Shown: positions 28,942 to 39,747 of the stretch, piece by piece
How positions within the stretch are numbered: the stretch's first letter is position 1
How the letters are laid out: the number at the start of each line of letters is the position of its first letter
From: Fibrobacterales bacterium
Lineage (GTDB): Bacteria > Fibrobacterota > Fibrobacteria > Fibrobacterales > JAOPTW01
Reading direction: 5' to 3'
DNA: 58,380 nucleotides
Assembly (NCBI GenBank): GCA_051532035.1
Contig: JAOPTW010000041.1
Location: forward strand, 1 to 58,380
The notes under the pieces: generated by a model
Database searches by the model: none
The model's input: only the letters and a program-made list of their open reading frames with translations
What the model was told of the DNA's origin: nothing
Translations under genes and position numbers: made by a program

Positions 28942-31371
28942 TCAAATTCCAACACACCTAACAGATAAAGCCTGATTCACACCTTTAGAGTCCTCACTAA
29001 AATACCCAGTTGCAGAAAACAACCCCCAGTATACCGCATGAGTAAACCCAGTTGGAGTTGAGGATGACCACCAATATCCTGATGTAGTTTTTTCATAATA
29101 ATTCCCATCATATCTTCGAAATCCACCTGGTTTCCCAGAAAATCCCACATCATCAGTCCCATTTATAGGCCATCCAGAAGTAGACATCAATTTAAGACCC
29201 TCGTCCCAATTATCACCAAAATCATAGGGTCCGTTAATATTAAAATGAGGGTCTGCACCACCTGAAACCAAGTACCCCAATGTTCTAAAGTCTGGATCAG
29301 TAGGCACTCTCCATCCACTTGGGCATGCAATATTTGCAGCATTCCAACCGTACAACCTACCTGTATTATCGCACGCCACATCATTATCATAACAAAAACT
29401 ACTATCAGGAGTTGTATAATTAAGATTTTCAATCATCCAAATAAGCCCACCGATTTTCTTGGCCTTATACACCTGACCATCACGAATATCTTTAAATGAG
29501 CCAATAGTAATAGTTGTAGAAGCAGTAAAGTCACCATCACTTGTTTTTACTGACACCACACTCTCTCCAATTCCAACTGCTGCAACATCTCCACTCGTCA
29601 CAGTTACCACCCCCGCAACTGATGTGCTCCAACTTACATTTTTATCAAATGCTGAATCAGGATAGATTGTAGCAGTAAGCGCTAAAGTACTGCCATCATT
29701 CAACACCATTGTTCCAGAATTGACATTCAATGACACTCCCGTAACCTGAGTTTTAGAAAATCGAGCAGTCAAAGCCCCATCGCCGGTACAAGTCATTTTG
29801 ACTTGAGATTTATTACCCTCGTAACCATCAGAAAGAGAACACCCTGTCACAACCCATCGATCAAAATCATATCCATTATTTTCAGAAACAGACAAAGAGA
29901 AAGACTCCTCAACACCATGCTTAAAAACTGGGACACTCCCTGCTACTGCCCCATTCTCATCATCACTCAGAGTCACCCTATACTCATTGCGTTTAAACAC
30001 CGCATGAACCACTCCATCTTCACCCGCAGTAACATAACTCACTTTATTTCCATCAAGAATCACATTCTCACTATCCGTAAGCCCCACCAAAGCATAGCCT
30101 GTGTTGGCCGAAGTAATCAAAGTTTTAGAGTTAGCATTTTCATAAAGGGTAAATGATTCTGGTGAAACCGACCCAAACTCTCCATTACAATTACTCTGTT
30201 GTTCCCCATCTAAGTAGCACTCAACCGTAATATCAGCCGAAGGGATAGCAACCTCAGAAAAAACAGCAGCGACTTCCAACTCTCTATTACTCTTCTCAAA
30301 ACCACTTTCTGTTATTGCAGTAATACTATTCTGCTTAAAGGTCACATCATCCGACATAAACTGCACACTACAATCGTCAACATCTACCCCTATTTCAACA
30401 GGGTCACTTTCAACTGAGTAGGTATACGAGTCTTCTGTAATAACAGAGCCGCAATCTCCTTCTACTGTAATAAGAATTTTATATGATAATACTGTAAACA
30501 ATGCACCAAGCCCAACATCTGATTCAACATCAGAGACCTCATCATCATCAAGTGTAGCAGTACCTTCATTTATAAGGTACTCTTCAAACTGATACCCATC
30601 ATTGGTAGTATGGGTTAATGATATAGACTCACCCTTCATGACTGTCGATTCCCCTGAGATCTCACCACCAGAAAGGCTCTCATAGGTCACATCATATACA
30701 ACTTTCTCCTCCCCTGAAGAATCATTTTCATCACCATCATGGGAGTATTCTTTAACGGTAATAGTGACATCATGGGTAGCCTCAGTAAAACCATCGAATA
30801 TTTTAATTGTCGCTTCATAGGTACCCTTTTTTTCATAATAGAACTCAGGCTCAGACCCAAATTCAGCATCTTCCATAAAACGATAGGTTAAAACTATTTG
30901 TGACGAGTTATCATCATAACGCGCCTTAGAAAAACTATAGCGCTCCCCTACATAGATAGTCGTATCACTCCCAACTTCGACAAATACCGGAGGCTCATCA
31001 GGAGTAGAACTAAGCTCAACCCCTTCAACGAGATCAACCACAATCATTCCTGCGCCAGTAATCTCATCTTTGTACATACAGATATAGGAAAGAGTAACTT
31101 CTGTATTGAGAACAGCCTCAAAAGGGATAAAAATTTTATCCTCACCATCAATATCATCATCTACGACAATTTCAGATTCATTGCCATCGGTCTCAATGGT
31201 GAGCACAATTTCATCAACATCAATTGAACCAATTAATAATTCAAGCTCCCACTCTTCATTGTGAGCCGATTGGTCGTCACTACTTTGTGAATTTTGATCT
31301 GATGTGTTTGCGTCTAAGCACCCTAAAAACAGCGCAGGCAATATAACGAACAGATAGACAAAGTATCTCAT
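28942..31371 (-). CDS. Surface lipoprotein: PKD/Ig-like repeats, Big_2 and C-terminal Fib_succ_major (FISUMP) domain
   Basis: Lipobox LFLGC; VTGVSL..P.SA.DKNVSWSTS (Big_2); FKDIRDGQVYK..WMIENLNY, GRLYGW, ACPSGWRVPT, YWWSS, SVRCV. Confidence 0.9.
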   Translation of the reverse strand: MRYFVYLFVILPALFLGCLDANTSDQNSQSSDDQSAHNEEWELELLIGSIDVDEIVLTIETDGNESEIVVDDDIDGEDKIFIPFEAVLNTEVTLSYICMYKDEITGAGMIVVDLVEGVELSSTPDEPPVFVEVGSDTTIYVGERYSFSKARYDDNSSQIVLTYRFMEDAEFGSEPEFYYEKKGTYEATIKIFDGFTEATHDVTITVKEYSHDGDENDSSGEEKVVYDVTYESLSGGEISGESTVMKGESISLTHTTNDGYQFEEYLINEGTATLDDDEVSDVESDVGLGALFTVLSYKILITVEGDCGSVITEDSYTYSVESDPVEIGVDVDDCSVQFMSDDVTFKQNSITAITESGFEKSNRELEVAAVFSEVAIPSADITVECYLDGEQQSNCNGEFGSVSPESFTLYENANSKTLITSANTGYALVGLTDSENVILDGNKVSYVTAGEDGVVHAVFKRNEYRVTLSDDENGAVAGSVPVFKHGVEESFSLSVSENNGYDFDRWVVTGCSLSDGYEGNKSQVKMTCTGDGALTARFSKTQVTGVSLNVNSGTMVLNDGSTLALTATIYPDSAFDKNVSWSTSVAGVVTVTSGDVAAVGIGESVVSVKTSDGDFTASTTITIGSFKDIRDGQVYKAKKIGGLIWMIENLNYTTPDSSFCYDNDVACDNTGRLYGWNAANIACPSGWRVPTDPDFRTLGYLVSGGADPHFNINGPYDFGDNWDEGLKLMSTSGWPINGTDDVGFSGKPGGFRRYDGNYYEKTTSGYWWSSSTPTGFTHAVYWGLFSATGYFSEDSKGVNQALSVRCVGI

Positions 31372-31461
31372 AAACCCTCAGTAACTTGTTGAATGGGCTA
31401 AAAATAGGATTTTTATAGGAATACGCAAATCCTTTCGGAATAAGTGGTCTTTTCTGGTTTT

Positions 31462-31483
31462 TGATGTGATATAGGTCACATTT
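31462..31483. promoter_or_regulatory. CRP/FNR-family-like binding site
   Basis: TGTGA-tatagg-TCACA (31465-31480) followed by a T-run, ~100 bp upstream of the FISUMP lipoprotein start. Confidence 0.55.
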
Positions 31484-31596
31484 TGAGGGTTAACTTGCAA
31501 CTAAAGCAACACTAAAATACAGTATATGAGCGAACCCACTTCAAATCATTGATGTTTATTGGTTGGAATGGGGGGCAATGGCAATGGCATTACTTT

Positions 31597-31749
31597 TACC
31601 TCTACAGTCTAGGTAATTTTATCAACCAAAATAGCACCAACCAAAAGTTCAAGCTTCCATTCTTCTTGAAAACTCAGGTCACTTCTTTCTTGATTTGACT
31701 CATTTGTAGTATCGGCCTCTAAACAACCTAAGAAAAACAAGGCGAATGC
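31597..31749 (-). pseudogene. Truncated paralog fragment of the N-terminus of the 28942-31371 lipoprotein
   Basis: AFALFFLGCLEADTTNESNQERSDLSFQEEWKLELLVGAILVDKIT*TVEV aligns with PALFLGCLDANTSDQNSQSSDDQSAHNEEWELELLIGSIDVDEIVLTIET; no start, TAG at 31609-31611. Confidence 0.82.
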
Positions 31750-31806
31750 TCAAAGACCTGTGAATCTCCCCATAGAATAATGACAGGGCACATCTAGGTC
31801 GTTATT

Positions 31807-34800
31807 TTAAGGCGCTTTACTCCAAGCCCCACCATTATATATGTATGTTCCCGCATGCTGTCCACCATTATTATAGAAATCCTGAAACCCACTATTCTCT
31901 CCCATGGTAGATGGATCTGCATCTATATCAACATTTCCCCCAATCGTTACACTCGTTAATTGATTGCCACTAAATACACATACATCTATGAAAGTTACAC
32001 TTGAGGGAATCGTGACACTCATTAATTCATTTCCCATAAATGCATAATAACCTATGGAAGTTACACTTGAGGGAATCGTGACACTCATTAATTCATTTCC
32101 CATAAATGCATAATTACCTATGGAAGTTACACTGGAGGGAATCGTGACACTCGTTAAGTGATTGTAAGTAAATGCTTCTACACCTATGGAAGTTACACTG
32201 GAGGGAATCGTGACACTCGTTAAACGATTGTCACGAAACACCGCACTACCTATGGAAGTTACACTTGAGGGAATCGTGACACTCGTTAATTCATTCCTAT
32301 AAAATGCACTATAACCTATGAAAGTTACACTTGAGGGGAGCGTGACACTCGACAATTCATTGTTAGAAAATGCCGCATCACCTATGGAAGTTACACTTGA
32401 GGGGAGCGTGACACTCGTTAAGTGATTGGCCCCAAATGCACTGATCCCGATGGAAATTACACTTGAGGGGAGCGTGACACTCATTAATTCATTGATAAAA
32501 AATGCATAATCACCTATGGAAGTTACACTGGAGGGGATCGTGACACTCGTTAATTCATTTCTCTTAAATGCTTCTACACCTAGGGAAATTACACTTACCC
32601 CATCAATTTCTCGTGGAATAATTATAACTGTTTCTTGCCCCAGATAATCTGTAATTGTCCCTGTATCATGATCAAAAACCACCCCTTCAAGTCGGGCATC
32701 AATTACTTCGGTATAACCAGTATTGCCTTCAATTTGACCTCCAGCATTATCATCACAATACACTCGTGCATAAATAAATTTTTCAAATGTCTCACCAGAT
32801 ATTTCATACGTTTCTCCAGTCGCCAACTCTTCTCCAGTATATCCACTATTAACTGAATCAACAAACCATGTTATTTGAGGAGTTAATTCACCTTGCTCAA
32901 CATCGGTACAAAGTACATTTACCCGTAGGGTTTTTCCAACAATATATTCACCAGATATTGTTGGTGCACTTTCAAAGGTTGGTGGATCATTAATCGGAGT
33001 AATATCTATAGAAACCGTAACCGTATCACTCAATTCTCCATCAGTCACTCTTAATTTATATGAATCTGTTCCATTACTGTTATGATTGGCAGTATATTTG
33101 ATCGAAATTTCAGTACCGATCCCCGATGAACGGTCAAGCCCACCTTCTGATGGTTCTTGAACGATGGACCACATTAGTTTACTCGGCTCACTATCATCAG
33201 TAACCTGAAACACTTCTTCGAACCAAGAGTCTTCATTAATCGTTTTTGAACGATCGCCACCATCTATTATCGGCTTATCATTACCTGGTATAATTTCGGT
33301 ACGTACAACAATTAAATCATCCGCCTCACCATCACTCACCCGGAGTGTTATCTCTTCATAACCCGTTTTCCCCACATAGGGCTGAAATTCAAAACGCGGC
33401 TGATACCCCTGTTCTAACACTACCAATGCACCATTTTCCGGAGTACCTACAACATTCCACACTAATGGATCATTTTCAATATCAGAAATTGGAACACCTA
33501 GCTCGAACTCCTTATTGACTTCTTCATCCGTCTCTAAATAATACGTTTCTCCATCAATCACAGGCGCATCATTCACAGAGTTAACACTGAGCTTTACCGT
33601 AATTTCATCACTCAAACTTTCAGGGGACATTGGACTTCCATCGGATATTCGAATAGTAAACTCTTCATCTCCAAAGCTATTGTCAAAAGGCACATACGTC
33701 ACCCTTAAAGTATCATTAGGGAGCGCAACAGAAGTCACCGCTCCATAGTTAAGCCCACCTACAATAGACCAATTATACTCTGGGCCATCATCTACAACCG
33801 GCACGTCAAATTCTATGGTTACATCTTCGTTTGTTTCAATACTGATATCATTCCCATTATTGATAACCGGTGCATCATTTATTGACTCAACATCAATATT
33901 CACCAACAACTCCACGACATGCGGCCCATCAGTTACCCGTACCTTAAATGAATCATCACCGTAGTAATCAGCTTTGGGGGTATACTCTATTGTTCTCGAT
34001 TTAGTGGAATGCGACAATATACTCACCGTCCCATTATTGGGTTGCAATCCGATTTCCCATGATTGATTTTCATTATCATCTTTAATCGTCACAGGATGAG
34101 AAAGTACGCCATCTTCCGACACCGTCACATCATGGATATTCCCTCCTACAAACTCTGGTGCATCATTCACCGCAGTAACGTCTATTTCTATTGTTTTTGT
34201 ACTCGACAATGTACCATCATTTACTTCAATAACAAATTGATCATCAACATCAGAATTTTCATGAGGTGAGTACTCCACAGATACAGAAGTCCCTGAACCT
34301 ATTATACGAACATCACCAGATCCTGGATTACTAAACAGCCTCCAATTATATACTCCAGAATCATCGAAGGCCTCAATATCAATAGACACCATTCCATCTT
34401 CAACCACCGTCTTTGTTATTGTTTCATTATTGGGTACAAAGTATGGGGCATCATTAACCGGTTCAACGTCAATGCTTACGGTAATCTCATCAATAAGTCT
34501 ACCATCGCTTACCTGAATTGTAAAATGATCGATTCCATGCCAATCTGGATTTGATCGATAGATAATACTACGAGATGAACCGCTCCCCGAAGCATTAATT
34601 ATGCGTCCATTATCTGTTGAATCTATAATGCGCCACGTCAAATTATCCTCATTAATATCTGATGCAGATAATGGTATGTCAATATCTGCATCTTCATCTC
34701 CATTAACGGTAAATGCATGTTCAGGATAAATACTCGGAGCAGCATTAACCTCATCGCCATATACCGTCTGCTTTTCAACCCCATTACAACTCACCTCGAC

Positions 34801-37800
34801 GTATATGAACTGAGCCCCCTCATCACCAGTCAACACATATATACTATCGTGAGCTTCACTAACCCACACACCATTTTGACCCGAGACATTAGCTCGATAC
34901 CATCGATAGCTCCACTCAATTTCACTATCAACATCCGTACACAATCCAGGATAAATAACTAGAGTTTCGCCAACTTCCATAACGCCAGTAATAATTGGAG
35001 TTCCCTTATATTCAGCGGGATCATCTACCCCACCAGCTTCTACAAACACAACAACTGAATCATCATGCTCTCCATCATTTACCCATACTGTAAATGAATC
35101 AAGTCCCGTAAAATCATGTTCTGGCGTATAGATAATCTGTTTTGATTCTCCTACACCTCCTACAGGTGTAATAACCCCTCGCACTGGACTATTAGCTCGC
35201 CACTGTAATTCATCATTATCTCTATCTGATGCTGACATATTTATGGTTAATGGAGTCTCTTCTGGAGTATTAAGCACCCCATCAAAACCCTGTACTTCAG
35301 GAACATTATCATTCAAATTATTTAATCGAACAGTAACCGTCCCTGTAGTACTTTCAAGTCTATCATTAACAGTAACTATAAAAACAAATTCTTCCTGTGT
35401 TTCAAAATCAAGACCCGTGAGCGGAGTAATCATACCCTGTGCATCAATAGAAAAGGCCGAAGTCTCAACTGAGTAGGTCAGAATATCATTATCATTATTT
35501 CCCACAACTACAGGTCCAAATGCAGTAGAACTATTTTCATCTCTTACGAATACCTGATCTGCTACTAATGGTGGATCATTCACATCTACGACACAAGAAC
35601 TCGTTGCATTTTTGCCATCACCATCAATCACCTCCAATCTTACCGTATACAGCCCTGGTATAGTATACTGCTTCAATTGATCTTTATAACTATTCTCATT
35701 AACTTCAAATACTCCATCGCCATCAAGATCCCATTTAAAAGACTCAATTCCACCGTCTTCATCAGAGGTCACCGCAGCAAGAGTAACAATACCTCCTATC
35801 GCAACGAGTATATTCTTACAGCTTTTTGTAATCTGAGGCGCACTATTCGTCACAATAACAGAAAGAGAATCCACCCCCACATTTCCATCATCATCACGAG
35901 CATACAATTTTGCACTAAAGGTTCCCGAGCGCTTAAATGTATAAGTTAAAGCAGGAGTAACTGCTGAAGAGTCATCAATGACACCATCATTATTATAATC
36001 CCAACTATATAACACTATAGAACCAAAGCGCTGTACGGCAGATCCTTCGAAAGTATGTGGCATGTTAATTACACTCGTAAACGACTTTTCTACACTCACC
36101 TGAGGCACATCCTGAACCACAACAACTACTACTGAATCCCTATCACTCAATCCTTCAGTATCAACGACCTCGACAACTGGAGTAAACACACCTACTTCAG
36201 AATAAAAAATGGTAAAATTTACCAGTGTATCTTTTCCTAGTGGTACAACAATAGTATCAGCAGCTCCATCGCCTGAACTCTTAAATATCCGCGCATAATC
36301 AATATTTGACTCACTATCTTTAATCACCACACTCACTGTAAGTGAATCATTTATAGAGACCGTATCACCAATCATATCCGGGGATTTAACATCGATGGAA
36401 TCAATAACTGGCTTACTATTTGTAATGGTCACCACTTTTGAAGCACTGACCACATTAGAATCATCATCCATGACAGTGAAGCGAGCCAAGTATTCACCCG
36501 CCCTGGTATATATGTAACTAAACACCGAATCAACATCTGTTATTACATCATCAACTGCATCACCATCAAAATCCCAACGATATTCAACAATGGAGCCAAA
36601 TTGCTGTGTAGCAGACCCATGAAAAGAAACCGCAGCATTTACCGGAGTCGTCACACTATCACCTGCCACCACCACTGGCGCATCAAGTAACACCGTCATA
36701 TAACGAGTATGCACCGCAGTATTACCATCATTATCCACAACTTTTATAGTAATGGGGTAATCAAGAGTCATTACTTTTGGTAGGCTCATTGTAATAGTTG
36801 AATCCACCAAAACATATTGCCCTTCACCTTGCTTCCACCATACCTCTGCAATTCCACCATTATATAATGAATCTTTTGAAACATATGTCACCGACATAAC
36901 ATCGCCAATTGACATATCGAGTATTTCATCTAATTCTACATACGGCATTGCATTCCATGCATCAAAGGCTGCTACAGGTATTGCGAGCTTTGATCGGTCA
37001 AATTGCTTTTGCTTAACTCCAGTAATTGTTGAGTCTGCACCATACACCTTTACTATAACACCATATTGGTCACCCTGCTCGTAGAGATCAATAAAACCAG
37101 TATAGACTTTTAAGTCCACATCCCAATTTGTAGGCCTCACCACAGTATCTTCAATAGCATCACCATATATCAGTAATTCAATTTTCGATATACTCTCTGC
37201 ATGGAGTGAGATAGATCCAGAAAAACTAAAGGTTGCAACAGGCTCATCTGGAAGTACTTTTATTGGTTCAGGCAGTTGTGCCACAAGAGCACTTACATCG
37301 ACACTATCCCCTAGAATACTTGCAATAAGCGAATCAACGCTCCCGCCTCTTACAAGGATAGAATCACGTATATGAGCCAATAACGTAAGGGTATCTATGA
37401 TTCCAGGATTACTGAGTTGATGAGCAGTATGCGCCTTATAGCCATAATACAGTGAAGAACCTTGACCAGAGTCATTGGTCACAATCATTTCTGATGTAAT
37501 GTCCTGTAAAAGACTTACATTTTTATCAAGTATCGCTCCAATTTGAGCACTATCCGTCTGGCTTGGGTCGATACTTTGCTTCTGTCGGTTATACTGTTTT
37601 ACATAATCGACCATAAGTGAATCAACATCACCCTTAGAGGCCACATTTGAATCATCTATCTTAAAATCAGATAGTTTCTCTATAATTTCAATACCTTGAG
37701 AAAAACACCAATAATGAATACTTACACTACTTTTTTTATCCGTAGCAAGGTGTACATTAACCGTTAATTGCTCAGTAATAGAGTCGAGGGAAGTTCGTTG

Positions 37801-37995
37801 TATTGATTTACCAACATATTCATATCGAGACTGCTCGCCCTCAATAGTTTTCAAAACTACTATCGAATCAATAGCAACATCTTTGTCTGATGTTATAGTG
37901 ATGGTATAATCCCTCTTATACCCTGAAGAATCAAAAAGTTCGCATCCTCCAAAGAAGAGAATAAGAGAGAGAAAAAAAGCGTAGATAATTTTCAT
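31807..37995 (-). CDS. Giant (2062 aa) surface lipoprotein: PKD, cadherin-like and Big_9/tandem-95 Ig repeats, C-terminal BspA-type LRR
   Basis: Lipobox FFGGC; WDFDGD/WDYNNDG PKD motifs; LDFETQ..LNDNVPE cadherin motif; repeated Y.P..D..G.D.F...V.DG..VND.P; NxLTSVTIPSSVTSIGxxAF repeats. Confidence 0.92.
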   Translation of the reverse strand: MKIIYAFFLSLILFFGGCELFDSSGYKRDYTITITSDKDVAIDSIVVLKTIEGEQSRYEYVGKSIQRTSLDSITEQLTVNVHLATDKKSSVSIHYWCFSQGIEIIEKLSDFKIDDSNVASKGDVDSLMVDYVKQYNRQKQSIDPSQTDSAQIGAILDKNVSLLQDITSEMIVTNDSGQGSSLYYGYKAHTAHQLSNPGIIDTLTLLAHIRDSILVRGGSVDSLIASILGDSVDVSALVAQLPEPIKVLPDEPVATFSFSGSISLHAESISKIELLIYGDAIEDTVVRPTNWDVDLKVYTGFIDLYEQGDQYGVIVKVYGADSTITGVKQKQFDRSKLAIPVAAFDAWNAMPYVELDEILDMSIGDVMSVTYVSKDSLYNGGIAEVWWKQGEGQYVLVDSTITMSLPKVMTLDYPITIKVVDNDGNTAVHTRYMTVLLDAPVVVAGDSVTTPVNAAVSFHGSATQQFGSIVEYRWDFDGDAVDDVITDVDSVFSYIYTRAGEYLARFTVMDDDSNVVSASKVVTITNSKPVIDSIDVKSPDMIGDTVSINDSLTVSVVIKDSESNIDYARIFKSSGDGAADTIVVPLGKDTLVNFTIFYSEVGVFTPVVEVVDTEGLSDRDSVVVVVVQDVPQVSVEKSFTSVINMPHTFEGSAVQRFGSIVLYSWDYNNDGVIDDSSAVTPALTYTFKRSGTFSAKLYARDDDGNVGVDSLSVIVTNSAPQITKSCKNILVAIGGIVTLAAVTSDEDGGIESFKWDLDGDGVFEVNENSYKDQLKQYTIPGLYTVRLEVIDGDGKNATSSCVVDVNDPPLVADQVFVRDENSSTAFGPVVVGNNDNDILTYSVETSAFSIDAQGMITPLTGLDFETQEEFVFIVTVNDRLESTTGTVTVRLNNLNDNVPEVQGFDGVLNTPEETPLTINMSASDRDNDELQWRANSPVRGVITPVGGVGESKQIIYTPEHDFTGLDSFTVWVNDGEHDDSVVVFVEAGGVDDPAEYKGTPIITGVMEVGETLVIYPGLCTDVDSEIEWSYRWYRANVSGQNGVWVSEAHDSIYVLTGDEGAQFIYVEVSCNGVEKQTVYGDEVNAAPSIYPEHAFTVNGDEDADIDIPLSASDINEDNLTWRIIDSTDNGRIINASGSGSSRSIIYRSNPDWHGIDHFTIQVSDGRLIDEITVSIDVEPVNDAPYFVPNNETITKTVVEDGMVSIDIEAFDDSGVYNWRLFSNPGSGDVRIIGSGTSVSVEYSPHENSDVDDQFVIEVNDGTLSSTKTIEIDVTAVNDAPEFVGGNIHDVTVSEDGVLSHPVTIKDDNENQSWEIGLQPNNGTVSILSHSTKSRTIEYTPKADYYGDDSFKVRVTDGPHVVELLVNIDVESINDAPVINNGNDISIETNEDVTIEFDVPVVDDGPEYNWSIVGGLNYGAVTSVALPNDTLRVTYVPFDNSFGDEEFTIRISDGSPMSPESLSDEITVKLSVNSVNDAPVIDGETYYLETDEEVNKEFELGVPISDIENDPLVWNVVGTPENGALVVLEQGYQPRFEFQPYVGKTGYEEITLRVSDGEADDLIVVRTEIIPGNDKPIIDGGDRSKTINEDSWFEEVFQVTDDSEPSKLMWSIVQEPSEGGLDRSSGIGTEISIKYTANHNSNGTDSYKLRVTDGELSDTVTVSIDITPINDPPTFESAPTISGEYIVGKTLRVNVLCTDVEQGELTPQITWFVDSVNSGYTGEELATGETYEISGETFEKFIYARVYCDDNAGGQIEGNTGYTEVIDARLEGVVFDHDTGTITDYLGQETVIIIPREIDGVSVISLGVEAFKRNELTSVTIPSSVTSIGDYAFFINELMSVTLPSSVISIGISAFGANHLTSVTLPSSVTSIGDAAFSNNELSSVTLPSSVTFIGYSAFYRNELTSVTIPSSVTSIGSAVFRDNRLTSVTIPSSVTSIGVEAFTYNHLTSVTIPSSVTSIGNYAFMGNELMSVTIPSSVTSIGYYAFMGNELMSVTIPSSVTFIDVCVFSGNQLTSVTIGGNVDIDADPSTMGENSGFQDFYNNGGQHAGTYIYNGGAWSKAP
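31942..32595 (-). repeat. 66-bp in-frame tandem repeat (9 full units plus partial flanks) encoding 22-aa LRR_5 units
   Basis: Plus-strand core CCTATGGAAGTTACACT(T/G)GAGGGAATCGTGACACTC recurs every 66 bp. Confidence 0.95.
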
Positions 37996-38292
37996 GAATA
38001 GCTCACCGTTAAATTAATTAAGTGCTTACAAAAGGCTATAAATAACAATCAAAAGGGCCAAATTGATCAAACACAACAAAAGGCAAAATGTAGCATTATT
38101 AATCGTAAACTAAAGTAAACATTTAGTACTCTTCATCAAATTAAACGGTAATAACTTGTGGAAACGCATCTCGCCCAACCACTCTAGTTCACCTCAAAAA
38201 CCCCCTAAATAACCGCAAAAAACACTTCTACCAAACCAATTCCACCAAAAACGAATATAGATTATGATACAATAACCCAGTGGGAGGTTACT

Positions 38293-38934
38293 ATGTTTGT
38301 AAAGCAGTTTGAGATGGGTGGTGACAAAAACCTCGGGTATCTCATAGCCGACGAGGTGAGTAAAAAAGCATGTGTTATTGACCCGTCATTTTCACCGCTT
38401 CTTGTAGTTGAGACTGCCCGAAAACACTCCTTTTCAATTCAGTATATACTCAATACCCATGGCCATGAAGACCACACCAATGGTAATGAGCTTATCGAAC
38501 AATATACTGACATTAAGCCTATCGCATTTGGCGACAATGAACCACTTACCACTAAAAAAATCGCTCATAATACTGAACTTCCTTTGGGCAAGCTCACCAT
38601 CCATATCCTTCACACCCCCGGCCATACTCCTGAGTCAATTTCCATTTTTGTTGGAGATGCCGTATTTACCGGCGACACACTCTTTACCGACCGAGTAGGC
38701 CCCACATTTACTGAGGACAACGCGCGGGAAGAGTACCACTCAATACACTCAATATTAATGCGCCTCCCTCCTCAAACGCGAGTTTTTCCGGGGCATCACT
38801 ATGGTGAACTGTCTAGTACCACTATCGAAGACGAATTAACGGCAAATCCATTTATTACCCAACCAGACTTTGACTCATTCTATGACTTTAAAAAGAACTG
38901 GGGGCAGTACAAAAAAATGCACCGAATCGCTTAA
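38293..38934 (+). CDS. MBL-fold metallo-hydrolase (glyoxalase II-like)
   Basis: NTHGHEDH, HTPGHT, FTGDTLF, FPGH; GGAGG SD. Confidence 0.92.
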   Translation: MFVKQFEMGGDKNLGYLIADEVSKKACVIDPSFSPLLVVETARKHSFSIQYILNTHGHEDHTNGNELIEQYTDIKPIAFGDNEPLTTKKIAHNTELPLGKLTIHILHTPGHTPESISIFVGDAVFTGDTLFTDRVGPTFTEDNAREEYHSIHSILMRLPPQTRVFPGHHYGELSSTTIEDELTANPFITQPDFDSFYDFKKNWGQYKKMHRIA

Positions 38935-39019
38935 AGCCTCCCTCCTAAAACAGATATTTCACACCTTAGTCAACTGCACTTGGCTTCCTAATCCTCCAGA
39001 GCTTTTCTATACTTGAGTC

Positions 39020-39742
39020 ATGAAAAATTGTGAAATAGACCTTCCTGAATCTTGGCATTCAAAGCTTTCGGCGGAACTTCAAAAACCCTACATTGAAGTC
39101 CTTGAATCTTTTGTAACCAAAGAACGCACCCGACAAAAGATTTACCCCCCGAGAGAGATGGTATGCAGTGCATTTGAGTACACTGACTTTGACGAGCTCT
39201 CTGTGGTAATTCTTGGGCAAGACCCCTACCACGGACTTGGTCAAGCACACGGTCTCGCTTTTTCGGTACAAGCCGGAGTGCGTCCTCCGCCATCCTTAAA
39301 AAACATCTATAAAGAGATCGACCGTGATCTTGGTTTTCCTCAAGTGGCGCATGGAGACCTTACCAACTGGGCTAGCCAAGGAGTTCTCCTACTCAATACC
39401 ACCCTTACAGTGCGTGAAAGTGATCCAAAATCTCATGCGGGCAAAGGATGGGAGGTCTTTACTGATGCGATAATTTCGCTTATTAATGAAAAAAAGGAAC
39501 ATGTGGTATTTCTTCTGTGGGGAAGTCATGCTCACAGTAAAGAAGTTCTGATAGATGAGTCGAAGCACTGTATACTTAAAACAACACACCCCTCGCCCTT
39601 TTCAGCCCACAGAGGATTCTTAGGGTCAAACCATTTTTCACTCTGTAATGCATACCTACAGCAGCACAACAAAAAAATTATTAATTGGCAGTTACCCAAC
39701 CAATCCAATAGTCTTGAGTCACCAATGGATCTGTTTGATTAG
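39020..39742 (+). CDS. ung: Uracil-DNA glycosylase (family 1)
   Basis: ILGQDPYH, HGLAFSV, PPSLKNIYKE, GVLLLN, HPSPFS. Confidence 0.98.
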   Translation: MKNCEIDLPESWHSKLSAELQKPYIEVLESFVTKERTRQKIYPPREMVCSAFEYTDFDELSVVILGQDPYHGLGQAHGLAFSVQAGVRPPPSLKNIYKEIDRDLGFPQVAHGDLTNWASQGVLLLNTTLTVRESDPKSHAGKGWEVFTDAIISLINEKKEHVVFLLWGSHAHSKEVLIDESKHCILKTTHPSPFSAHRGFLGSNHFSLCNAYLQQHNKKIINWQLPNQSNSLESPMDLFD

Positions 39743-39747
39743 AAGAT

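Noticed and set aside
28942..29100. FISUMP C-terminus as a DGR variable region; 11-bp direct repeat TAAAGCCTGAT at 28926 and 28966
   Set aside because: No template-repeat copy or reverse transcriptase is seen in the window, so a remote DGR cannot be assessed; the short repeat alone is uninformative
31942..32595. CRISPR-like pattern of a conserved ~45 bp plus variable ~21 bp
   Set aside because: The period is exactly 66 bp and in frame within an LRR-coding ORF, the 'spacers' share AAATGC, and there are no cas genes
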